Source of the DNA: an uncultured Armatimonadetes bacterium
Lineage (GTDB): Bacteria; Armatimonadota; UBA5829; DTJY01
Direction of reading: 5' to 3'
Assembly: GCA_963717145.1 (NCBI GenBank)
Contig: OY970325.1
Span: 4,448,001 to 4,512,000, forward strand
DNA: 64,000 bases
This document shows positions 51,060 to 61,289 of the stretch, one piece after another. A program made the position numbers and the translations under genes. Positions within the stretch are counted from its first letter, which is position 1; each line of letters begins with the position of its first letter. The notes below the pieces were generated by a model that searched no databases, had not been told where the DNA came from, and saw only the letters and a list, made by a program, of their open reading frames with translations.

Positions 51060-53927
51060 CTAGTTGCGCCGCTTGCGCTTGGCATCGAGGAGGCGTGAGG
51101 AGAGGGTGCCGCCCTCGGATGCAGGCTTGGGCTCGGATGGAGATGCCTGTGCCGGCGCCCGTTCGGGCCCAGGCGCGGATGTCTGTTGAGGCCGGGCGCC
51201 GGGCGGGACGGTATTCGTCGTGAACTCGACCTTCTCGACGGGCTTGCGCTCCCTCTTGGCGCGGAGGAGGTTCGACACCATCTCCGGCTCCTGAGTGACC
51301 GGTCTCGTCTTCCTTCGCAAACGGTGCGCGCGGATGAACTCCCTCAGCTTCGAGTACTCCTCCACGAACTGCTCCGGCGTGATCACCAGCCGCCGAACCG
51401 CCACGTCGAGTGGGAGAAGGATCGCCGCCAGGATCACGAGCAGCCGCCAGAGGTCCGTGTATGCCCTCGATCGGCGGAATGCCTGAGTGAACACCTCCGA
51501 GGCCTTGGAGTCATACCGCCCGCCGGTCTCGGACGCGATCCGCTTGAGGAGCGCCGTGTTCGGCGCGATGTCCTTGTACTCCGGCGGGTAGGGGATCGTG
51601 ATGACGCTGACATCCGGCGAAGTTTGGTCCTGATCGCGCCTCACCACGTTCACCACGTAGCTTCCGACCTCGCGCGCGTCGAAGGTCGCCTCGTAACGAC
51701 CCGGGCCGGTCTGATCGATTGAGAGCTGCTTGCCCTTCATGCTCGGGCCGACCACCGATCCCTTGAACTTGATCTGGTTGAGGAAGTTGCCCTTGTCGTC
51801 CACCGCGTCGATGGTCACATATCCCGTTCCGTTCTGTACGTCCACCATCGTCTGGAAGTCGGTCGGCGGATTCTTGCGCATAGTCGAGCGGACGACCTGT
51901 GCCCAGAACCTCCCGTAGTCCGGCCATTGGACCCAGTGAGACGACCACCGAGCCTTGCAGTCCGACGTGAACGCCGCCGACTTCCCGAGCCCATACTGCC
52001 ACGTCGCGAGGATCGGGTCCTTGTGCTTCGAGATCATCGAGATGCGCGCGGTTGGCTTCGGGCTCGTCGTCACGTATCCGAGCAGCGCCGGGACGGACGT
52101 GATGCCCGCCAGTTCGGGGCTCGACGGATCGATCGTCGGGATGAACGGCTCCTCCACGATCAGCGACTTCGAGACCGTCATGACATCCTTGGTGAAGATC
52201 GCCTTCAAGTCGGACGCCTGCAGCGTGAGGTAGAAGTTGCCCCGACCGGCCGCCGCCACGTTCTTGAGGAACGGCACGTGTGGGCCGTCGCCGATCGCAA
52301 CCGCCGTCACCGTGATCTTCTCGCCCGCCATCTGCTTGGCGAGCGGCACGACGCCGTCCTGGTCATCGCAGTCGCCACCATCCGCGAGCAGGATGATATG
52401 CCTCTGCCGGGTCCTGCTCTTCTTCATCATCTCATAGGCCATCTGCATCGAGGGGAACACGGCGATCCCGCCGCCTTCCGCGCGGATGGTGGAGATCTGG
52501 TCGTAGATCGGGCCCTTGCTGTTCGCCTGCTGAAGCTCGACCGCCGCTACCGGGCTCGTGTGGCAGACTATTACCCCGACGTAATCGATCGGCTGGAGCA
52601 GCTTCACGACCGCAGACGCGCCATCGTTCGCCAGCTGGATCTTCGTCGTGCCGCCCTCCGGTGCGCTCATCGAGCCGGACTTGTCCATCACCACGATCAC
52701 CGAGAGCGAGGGCAGCACCTTCGTCTTGCGGACCGACATATCGACCGGGAGCGCCTTCTCGATCGGCGTGTCGAAGTAGCCGCCCGCGCCGAAGCCGTCC
52801 TCGCCGCCGACCATCGTGAACCCGATTCCCAGGTCCTTGACGCCCGATTCGATCAGCAGCATCTGCTCGGCAGACATTCCGATCGCCGGAACATCCGAGA
52901 GCACGAGCATGTCGTAGCCTCTCAACTGCGCGAGCGAGGTCGGAATCCCCGAGCGGTCGCGCGCCTCGACCTCGATGTCGGTGGTCTTGAGCGCCTCGGC
53001 GAGGTATTTCGCCTGGCCGGGGACTCCCTCCACGTACAGCACCTTCGGCTTGCCGTTGACCATCGTGTAGGCGAGCGCGGTGTTGTTCTCCATGCGAGTG
53101 TCCTGGTCGCACTCCAGGATCGCCTCGTACTCGTAGCTTCCGGGCTTGTCGATCGACTGCTGGAACGTGAGGACGCTCTTGCCCTTCGTAAGCTGCACGG
53201 ACTTGACCCCGACTGGCACGCCGTTTCTGAGGACACGGATCTGCGCCGAGACCGGCTCCTTGGCGATCGCAACCACCTTGAGATCGAACGGCTCGCCGAC
53301 TTTCACCGCGCTCGGGCAGACCATCTTGTCGAGCAGGACCTCGTGCGGAAGCTCGTTCGTGAGCGGCACGACATCGACCGAGACGTCGTTCGAGCCGATG
53401 AGCATCGCCTGCTCGATCGCCTTTCCGCGCGTCTCGTTCCCATCGGAGAGGAGCACGATCTTCTTCGCGGTCTTCTCCGGGAATAGGGCGAGTGCGAGGC
53501 CTAGTGCCTGCGAGATGTCGGTATTCCCGGTGTCGGGGATCGAGTAGATCCTGTCGATCTTCGGGACGTTCGACGGCGAGATCTCCACGGAGGCATCCGC
53601 TCCATATGCTATGATGCCGACGAGGTTCTCGGTCTTGAGCTGCTTCAGGGCGGTGTTGATATACGCCAGTGCCGTCTGCTGTCGAGTCTTCGGGATGCTG
53701 TCCGAGATGTCGATCACGAAGACGACGCACCGTTGGGAGACGTTCTGGACCGTGCGCGCGCCTGCGAGGGCGAACACAAGCATGACGAGGATGAGCGACC
53801 GCAGGACGAGCGCGAACTTCGACCGGAACCTCGACATATCGGCGAGGCTGTGGGCCGCCATCCGGTACGTATAGTACCCCAGCGGTATCAGAATCAGTAG
53901 CCACAACGGCTTGGTGAACTGGATCAT
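51060..53927 (-). CDS. Membrane protein with two VWA domains and a GATase-like domain
   Basis: MIDAS DISDS and DKSGS, VLLSDGNE, YDMLVLSDVP, GGYFDTPIEKALPV, WQYGLGKSAAFTSD. Confidence 0.9.
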   Translation of the reverse strand: MIQFTKPLWLLILIPLGYYTYRMAAHSLADMSRFRSKFALVLRSLILVMLVFALAGARTVQNVSQRCVVFVIDISDSIPKTRQQTALAYINTALKQLKTENLVGIIAYGADASVEISPSNVPKIDRIYSIPDTGNTDISQALGLALALFPEKTAKKIVLLSDGNETRGKAIEQAMLIGSNDVSVDVVPLTNELPHEVLLDKMVCPSAVKVGEPFDLKVVAIAKEPVSAQIRVLRNGVPVGVKSVQLTKGKSVLTFQQSIDKPGSYEYEAILECDQDTRMENNTALAYTMVNGKPKVLYVEGVPGQAKYLAEALKTTDIEVEARDRSGIPTSLAQLRGYDMLVLSDVPAIGMSAEQMLLIESGVKDLGIGFTMVGGEDGFGAGGYFDTPIEKALPVDMSVRKTKVLPSLSVIVVMDKSGSMSAPEGGTTKIQLANDGASAVVKLLQPIDYVGVIVCHTSPVAAVELQQANSKGPIYDQISTIRAEGGGIAVFPSMQMAYEMMKKSRTRQRHIILLADGGDCDDQDGVVPLAKQMAGEKITVTAVAIGDGPHVPFLKNVAAAGRGNFYLTLQASDLKAIFTKDVMTVSKSLIVEEPFIPTIDPSSPELAGITSVPALLGYVTTSPKPTARISMISKHKDPILATWQYGLGKSAAFTSDCKARWSSHWVQWPDYGRFWAQVVRSTMRKNPPTDFQTMVDVQNGTGYVTIDAVDDKGNFLNQIKFKGSVVGPSMKGKQLSIDQTGPGRYEATFDAREVGSYVVNVVRRDQDQTSPDVSVITIPYPPEYKDIAPNTALLKRIASETGGRYDSKASEVFTQAFRRSRAYTDLWRLLVILAAILLPLDVAVRRLVITPEQFVEEYSKLREFIRAHRLRRKTRPVTQEPEMVSNLLRAKRERKPVEKVEFTTNTVPPGARPQQTSAPGPERAPAQASPSEPKPASEGGTLSSRLLDAKRKRRN

Positions 53928-53937
53928 GTTTCTCTGC

Positions 53938-54027
53938 CTGATGTAGGAGCAGCTTCCTAGCTGCGATGGGGTTCCCTTTCTAGCTATGAAGGCCCCCATC
54001 GCAGCTAGGAAGCTGCTCCTACATCAG
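53938..54027. repeat. GTAG-type REP doublet overlapping the upstream gene's stop
   Basis: CTGATGTAGGAGCAGCTTCCTAGCTGCGATGGGG...CCCCATCGCAGCTAGGAAGCTGCTCCTACATCAG. Confidence 0.9.
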
Positions 54028-55866
54028 ATACGCCGGTGGTACGCATACCACTCGAATGCCAGGACTCCGAGCGCGAGGAGCACGAGCGGCTGGAAGAACT
54101 CCCGGTTCGTTTGCACCGGCTTCCCGGTGGACGCGAACTTCTTGCCGCCGACCGAGAACGCCTCCCTGGGCGCGGTCGATGACTCCTGCATCGAGGTCAG
54201 GTTGCACGCGAACTCCCGCCTGACGCCTTTGCCGGTCACGCGGTAGACGCCCGCGCGCTCCGTGTTGTCGAAAATCACAGGCGTTTGCGTCACCTTGATC
54301 GCCTGCTTGTGGCCGAGTGGATCGGTCACGTCGATCTGCGCCAGGCCCGCGGGCACGTCGATGTACATCGGCTGGCCCGTTCGAATGCTCTCGCCCGCGC
54401 TCAATGTCTGCGCCGGGACGAGCCAATCAAGGCAGTTCGTGATGAATATCGGGAAGCCGACTCGGAGCGGGAAATCGCTGTCGAGCAGGCTGAACGAAAG
54501 CTGCACGAAGTTCCGGCCGCCCCTCGATCCGGCAACGGCGAGCACTCCGCCTGCGCTCTCCACGAGTGCCGTCGCCCAGTTCGCAGGCGAGAGACGGCGT
54601 GCCTCCGCGACCTGCACGTTCCCGAAGTCGACGTATCGGCTCACGGGATGATTCCGCGCGTAATCGACGATCGACGGGCGCTGGATCATCTCACCGATCC
54701 CAGCGGGTCCCTGGGGCGCGGATGAGTTGATCAGCAGGTATCCTCCCTGCGGGACGTTCGCCGGCGGGGTAACTCCATCGAAGACCACCAGGTCGTACTT
54801 CGAATCCTTGAAGCTCGCGGGAATCGCCTCCGCCTTCGTGACCGATGTCCGGGGATCGAGGTTGAGCGCATTCTGGAGGAAGATGTTGCCCTTCGAGACC
54901 ATCAGCACCGAGATCTTGCGCGGCTTCGTTAGGTAGACCGAGCCGCTGTTGTCCACGGCCAGGTCGTCCTTCACATCGAGCTTGGCGGTCACCCGGCCGT
55001 CGAGGTTTCCGACGTTGTTGAGCAACTCCTGCCTCGACTCGCCCGCCTTGAGCGTCTCCTCGCGCACGTCGAGAAGCTCGTCGTTGAGGTAGACCTCGAG
55101 GTTGAACGCCTGATCGCGCTTCGAGTAGTTGCGGAATCCGATGAAGACCTGCTGTTCGCCGGAGAGCGTCTTGCGTGACGACAGGCCCGTGATCGCCACG
55201 TTATCGCATTCCCGCCCGATGCGCATGTAATCGAGCCGCGCGTTCTCGGCCGAGAGGTCGGAGAGCGCCTCGAACCCGCCGTCCGAGAGCACGACGATCC
55301 GCGGGGGAGTGCGCGACTTCCCCGCGACGAGTGAGAGCGCGAGGACCAGAGCCTGGCGCATGTTGCACGGGGTATCGACCGGCCCGAGTCGCCTGATCGC
55401 CTCATTGAGCGACTTCTTGTCCGAGGTGAACGATGCGACGACTCGCGCCTTCGAGCCGGCGGTCATGACGAGCATCGTGTCGCCGCCGCCCATGCGTCCG
55501 ACGATCCCGAGCGCCTTCGACTTGGCGTCATCGAATCGAGAGGGCTTCACGTCGGTGGCCTGCATGCTGGCGGATGAGTCGAGGATGACGACGATCCGGT
55601 TGCCCTGACCGCTCTGACTCCTGATGTATGGGCGCGCTATCGCTCCAATGACAGCCAGGAGTGCGATGACCTGGAGCAGCAGCAGGAGGCTCTTCCTGAG
55701 CTTCTGAAACGGCGCATTCGCCTGGATGTCGGCGACCGCATCCTGCCAGAGCATGACGGACGAGAACCACCTGCTCTTTGCGTTTCAGCTTGAGCAGGTA
55801 TAAGAGCACGATGATCCCGCCGAGTGGCAGGATCAGCAGTAACGACCAGGGTGATAGTAAGCTCAT
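54024..55866 (-). CDS. BatA N-terminal plus VWA domain membrane protein; apparent frameshift ~55765
   Basis: MSLLSPW...LYLLKLKR, then SSVMLW...LLLLLQ...ARP, ILDSSASM, VLSDG, C-terminal TM with EW. Confidence 0.88.
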
Positions 55867-55869
55867 GGG

Positions 55870-56183
55870 TGAGTAATCAGTTATCAGTTGTCAGTCATCA
55901 GTGAACAGTGAACGGTAAGTAAGCCGTTCGTGCCGGAGTTGTACTCCGGCACGCTAGACTAACCACCTAACGTTCGCACCGGAGTTGTACTCCGGTGCGC
56001 CGAGCTAGCAGGGGAGTTGCACTCCCCCACACACCGAACCGTGCGGAGTACAACTCCGCGGCGAGTTGCGCGGGCTGGAGTACAACTCCAGCCCGAACGT
56101 ATCGTCCTGCGGGAGGGAGTACAACTCCAGCCCGAACGTAGCGCTTATCGTCCTGCGGGAGGGAGTCCAACTCCCTCCCGAAC
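55870..56183. repeat. Heptamer tract plus a cluster of about seven GGAG-TTGTA/TACAA-CTCC hairpins, most with a GTTCG foot
   Basis: e.g. GTTCGTGCCGGAGTTGTACTCCGGCACG, GTTCGCACCGGAGTTGTACTCCGGTGCG, CGGGCTGGAGTACAACTCCAGCCCGAAC. Confidence 0.85.
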
Positions 56184-56190
56184 AGTGCGC

Positions 56191-56293
56191 TTACTTCTTG
56201 TTGTTGATCAGCACCGCCACCAGTGCGACAACCCCGAAGATGACCAGCCCGAGCACCAACAGCGGCAGGAACGAGAGACCACGTACCAGTCAT
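56191..56293 (-). CDS. Possible ~34-aa single-TM peptide (start out of frame by one base)
   Basis: SD GAGGGAGG, ATG, then LVRGLSFLPLLVLGLVIFGVVALVAVLINNKK* in the next frame. Confidence 0.35.
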
Positions 56294-56334
56294 TTCATCC
56301 TCCCTCATCAGCGTGCATCCGCGTTCATCGGCGG

Positions 56335-57237
56335 TTACTTCAATGCTCCCCGCCGGCGCAGGTAGTTCAGTATCAGGTCCTCGAACGGCGACTGGTTCGT
56401 CACGCGGACGTAGTTGCACCCGTACCGCATCGCGAACCCCTCGATCTCCCCGAGGAACTCCCCGAGCCGCTGCTGATACCGTCGGAGGAGCGTCTGCGTG
56501 ATCGTGATCTCCCGCTTCTCGCCGGTCTCCGAGTCGACCATGAGCAGGTCGCCGACCGTCGTCGGGTTGACCTCCTCCTGGTCGAGCAGGTGCACCATCG
56601 TCACCTCGAACTTGCGCGAGAGGAGCGCCGTGAGCCCCTGCTGATACGTCGGATCGAGGAAGTCCGAGATCACGATCGCCAGCCCGGAGTTCGACGTCCG
56701 AAGGCTGAAGTCGCGGATCGAGCTTCCAAGCTGCGTCTTCCCCGAGGCCTGCACAGTCCGCAGGTAGTCGAAGATCGTGAACGCCGCCTGCTTACCCCGC
56801 TTCGGGCTGAGCATCGCCGCCAACTCCCCGCTGAGCGCCGCCAGACCGACGCGGTCGAGGTTGCTCAGCGCGATATACGACAGTGCAGCCGCGATGCGCT
56901 TGGCGTACAGCAGCTTCTTCGGATGGCCGAAATCCATCGACTTCGACGTGTCCACGAGTATATAGACGTGCAGGTCCTCTTCTTCGACGAACAACTTGAG
57001 GAAAAGCTTCTCGAGGCGCGCATAGACGTTCCAGTCGACGCGCCGGAGGTCGTCGCCTGTGGTGTAGTTTCGGTAGTCGGCGAACTCGACCGCCGAGCCG
57101 CGCTTGGTCGATCGCCGCTCACCCCGGAGCCGCCCGGGGAACACCCGCTTAGCGACGAGCGACAGCCGCTCGATTTTCCGCAGAAACTCGGGATCGAGCA
57201 GTTCCTCGCGTTCGTCTATCTGTTCTATTGTATCCAA
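56335..57237 (-). CDS. DUF58 domain protein
   Basis: GSAVEFADYRNY..GDDLRRVDWN..AR, DTSKSM, ISDF. Confidence 0.93.
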   Translation of the reverse strand: MDTIEQIDEREELLDPEFLRKIERLSLVAKRVFPGRLRGERRSTKRGSAVEFADYRNYTTGDDLRRVDWNVYARLEKLFLKLFVEEEDLHVYILVDTSKSMDFGHPKKLLYAKRIAAALSYIALSNLDRVGLAALSGELAAMLSPKRGKQAAFTIFDYLRTVQASGKTQLGSSIRDFSLRTSNSGLAIVISDFLDPTYQQGLTALLSRKFEVTMVHLLDQEEVNPTTVGDLLMVDSETGEKREITITQTLLRRYQQRLGEFLGEIEGFAMRYGCNYVRVTNQSPFEDLILNYLRRRGALK

Positions 57238-57308
57238 GTGTTACCCCTTATGGAGTGCGGAAGCGGAGTCTCCGGACGGAGCTTCCGCTTTGGTCTGCAT
57301 GAACTCGG

Positions 57309-57722
57309 CTAGTCGGCCTGAGCCCGCTGCCGGTGCCGATGTATCGACCGCCCGGCGAAGAAACCGATCAGCGCTGAGGCCGCGATGACGGAAAAGGCAA
57401 TCCCCGAGCTAGCCAGACGATGATGGACAGCGCCTTCACGCATCCCATCCATGACGGCAATGACGATCACGAAGACCAGGATCGAGACCGCCGACTGAAG
57501 CATGTGCATACGGGTCTGGCGTGTCCACCCCGGATCATCCCACTGCCACCCAAGGATGAAGGCTGAAACCGCGAAGAACAGCAGCCCGGCGCCGACCACA
57601 ATCTGCCCCGCGTACGCCGGCAGGAGAACAGCCGCAATCGTCGTTGGGACTGCAAATGCCAGCACATAGCCAAGCAGTTGCAGAATCATCACCGCGTCAC
57701 TGGGGGTCTGGTTGTCCTGCAT
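57309..57722 (-). CDS. Hypothetical 4-TM membrane protein
   Basis: Hydrophobic ORF with SD GGAGG. Confidence 0.6.
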   Translation of the reverse strand: MQDNQTPSDAVMILQLLGYVLAFAVPTTIAAVLLPAYAGQIVVGAGLLFFAVSAFILGWQWDDPGWTRQTRMHMLQSAVSILVFVIVIAVMDGMREGAVHHRLASSGIAFSVIAASALIGFFAGRSIHRHRQRAQAD

Positions 57723-57779
57723 ATGCGTCCTCCATCGTCGAAAGCGGAGTCTGCGGAGCTTCCGCTCTGCTTGGCGCGA

Positions 57780-58202
57780 TCAGCCGTTCAATCTCCCTGC
57801 GCTCCTACCAGTGCCGAGCTTGCGGCCGAGCATCAATGGAGCGACAACAAACATCAACCCGGCCGCGAAGAGCGCCGCGACAACCATTAGCGCATAGGTA
57901 GCTCTCCCCGATAGAGCAAACTGAACTGCGACTATCACAATTGGTGACAGATACATCGAGAGCAGCACGACCACCAGCCAAGGAGCAAGGCTCGGACCTG
58001 TCAGCGGATAGCTATTCCGGTAGTAACCGATGAGAAACGCCGTTACCGCGACGAACAGGATGCCAGTCCCGCCTGCAACCCACTCCTTGTATTCCGGCAA
58101 GAGTAAGAGCCCGGTTGTGCCTACGAGCACGAAGGCGAGTTCGTACACGATCACTTTTCGCGCGATTCGGTTCGTCTTCTGCCGTTCCTCAGATGGCTCC
58201 AC
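57780..58202 (-). CDS. Hypothetical 4-TM membrane protein
   Basis: GTG start after GAGG; four hydrophobic segments. Confidence 0.6.
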   Translation of the reverse strand: MEPSEERQKTNRIARKVIVYELAFVLVGTTGLLLLPEYKEWVAGGTGILFVAVTAFLIGYYRNSYPLTGPSLAPWLVVVLLSMYLSPIVIVAVQFALSGRATYALMVVAALFAAGLMFVVAPLMLGRKLGTGRSAGRLNG

Positions 58203-58258
58203 TGTTGATCCTCGACTGCAAAGCGGAAGCTCCGCAGACTCCGCTTCCGCACTCCACA

Positions 58259-59257
<999 letters not shown>

Positions 59258-59270
59258 GATACCTCCCTGA

Positions 59271-59382
59271 ACATGCAGGAGGGATTTGCCGGGATGGTTT
59301 GTGCCCGGTAATCCCGAACGCGCAACGATCGGTGTTCGGGATTACCGGGCACAAACCATCCCGGCAAATCCCTCCTACATGT
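59271..59382. repeat. GTAG-type REP doublet
   Basis: AGGAGGGATTTGCCGGGATGGTTTGTGCCCGGTAATCCCGAAC...GTTCGGGATTACCGGGCACAAACCATCCCGGCAAATCCCTCCT. Confidence 0.9.
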
Positions 59383-61173
59383 CTATTCCAAACTGCTGAA
59401 ATAATCCTTGACCCTGTTCCGGTACGCCGGGGGGACCTTCTCCTTCGAGAGGGCGCTCTCGGCCGACTTCTTGTAGTTCGAGTACACATCGGTATACGGC
59501 ACTGAGGCGGGCGATGAGAGGGTGGGAGCGCCCTTCGACTCACCGGCTGAGAACACCTGACCGCTCTCGCCGAGCATCGACGGCGAGTGGGAGATGTCCT
59601 TCACATCGTTGAGCTTGCCCTTCGGTCCGGTATTGGCATCGTCTCCGCCCCTGCCCGATCCGGGGCCGCCCTTGCCGCTCGGGCCTTGACTCTCGCCGTC
59701 CGTGCCCTTGCCGTCCTTACCCGTCATTCCGCCAAGGCCGGATGCGATCGATCCGCTTGAGCCGCTCTGACCGAGCGAACAACTTGCGCCGCTTCAAGTG
59801 CCGCCCGCATGTTTGAGCGCCTCCGCGAGCTGCTGCTGGCTCTGCATCTCCTTGGTCATCTTCGCCAGCTCTTCGGGACTCATCTTTGCCAATCTCTCGG
59901 CGTTCTCGCGCATCATCTTCGCAAGCTTGTTCAGGTCCGTGCCCTTCAGTGCCTTGGCGAGCGCATCGAGCTGCTTTTGGAGCGCCTCACGGTCGGCCTC
60001 TTTCATCTGACCGCCCTGCGCCTTCTGGGTGAGCTTCTGCATCAGCTCGGACGCCTTCTTGAAATCCTCGTTCTCCGCGAGCTTGGCAAGTGCCTCACCG
60101 AGTTCCTTCGGGATCGCGAGACTGCTGTTCGGGTTGGTGTACTTCTCGACCGCCTTCTCGAGTTCCTTGCGCTCGGACTCGGTCAGCGGCTCGGACTTCT
60201 GCGCGAGTTCGGCCATCCGCTTGTCGGACGCCAGCTTCCTGAGCGCCTCAGCCGGCGGAATATTCTGCTTCTCCGCCATCTTGCGGGCCATGTCCCTCGC
60301 GAGTTCCTCCGCCGCCTTCTTCATCTCGGCCTGCGCCTCAGCCATCGACTTAGTGGTCGAGTTCTCCTTCGCCAGGCGATCCTGCTCGGCCTTGATCTGC
60401 TTGTTCAGGCGCTGGGAGCTGATCATCGCTTCCTTCTTCGGCATGCGGCCGGTCTGCATCTTGCGCCCGAGGTCGTCGAGCTTGCCTGCGAGCTTCTTCA
60501 AGTCCTTCTGTCTGTCGCCGGCCCGCTTTTCGATCTCCTTGCTGATCTTGAGGAGTGTCGCTCCCTCCTGCTTCATCGTCGCGATATCCTGTTGACGCGC
60601 CGGCGAATTGAAGCGGGCCATCTGCGGGATGAAGGTGACCCCGAGCAGCAGGACGACGGCCGCGAGGAAGGCGACGTGCGGCGGGCCGAATCGATGGCGG
60701 AAGACCTCCGACGCCTTCAGCCCCGAGAAATGCTCGTTGGCATCCGTGACGAGCGCCTGTTCGAAGTCAGTAGGGAACGCCCGGGAACCGACCCTCACCC
60801 CCGACCCCTCTCCCTCAGAAGGGCGAGGGGAGACCGCCCCCCCTCGCCCTTCTGAGGGAGAGGGGTCGGCGAAGGCGATGGCGGTCGAGAGCCGCTCCTT
60901 GAGGCCGGTGCGCTTGTCGGCGGCGATGGCGACGGTGAGGTCCCTGAGCGGGCGAGTCAATGCGAAGGCGCACCCGCCGAGTATGCCCGCGATCACCGTC
61001 GAGAACCAAATGCGGTAGTCGAGCAGCGAGGTCACCTGTGTTGACAGGATCACCATGCACGTGGCCAGGACCGCTCCCACTCCGCCGCCGAAGAGCCCGT
61101 ATCGCTCGATCAGCAGGAGCCGGACCCGCCGTCGCAACCGCCATATCTGACTATCGAGACCTTTACTGTCCAC
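59383..61173 (-). CDS. Membrane-anchored coiled-coil protein with Gly-rich tail; in-frame TGA at 59794-59796 (candidate Sec)
   Basis: ORFs 59794-61173 and 59383-59727 share a frame: ...KHAGGT*SGASCSLGQSGSSGSIASGLGGMTGKDG...VPPAYRNRVKDYFSSLE; N-terminal TMs and GLKERLSTA motif. Confidence 0.8.
59757..59782 (-). promoter_or_regulatory. Candidate bacterial SECIS hairpin
   Basis: mRNA UUGUUCGCUC-GGUCA-GAGCGGCUCAA; apical loop begins 21 nt after the UGA. Confidence 0.6.
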
Positions 61174-61195
61174 TGCTCACCGTTACCTTGCCCGT

Positions 61196-61282
61196 GACAC
61201 CGTAGGGGCGATCCTTCTACGGTCGCCCGTGGAATCGCAGAGAGTGCACGGGCGACCGTAGAAGGATCGCCCCTACGGTGTC
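61196..61282. repeat. GTAG-type REP doublet (same family as 2589-2703)
   Basis: GACACCGTAGGGGCGATCCTTCTACGGTCGCCCGTG...CACGGGCGACCGTAGAAGGATCGCCCCTACGGTGTC. Confidence 0.9.
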
Positions 61283-61289
61283 CGCAGCC

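Larger units (their letters stand above)
57251..58256. repeat. Three copies of a (TGGAGTGCGG)AAGCGGAGTCTGCGGAGCTTCCGCT element (57251-57291, 57741-57767, inverted 58220-58256)
   Basis: Direct sequence comparison; the outer copies are inverted relative to each other. Confidence 0.85.

Noticed and set aside
7113-55866. Programmed frameshifting or mass pseudogenisation (about nine frameshifts in six genes)
   Set aside because: Scattered single-base indels with no shared slippery motif and otherwise intact motifs; assembly error is the simplest explanation. Needs a read check.
56290-56298. Second Sec codon (ATG AAA TGA before the TM peptide)
   Set aside because: No SECIS-like hairpin or Cys context, and that ATG abuts the SD; a one-base indel is more likely.
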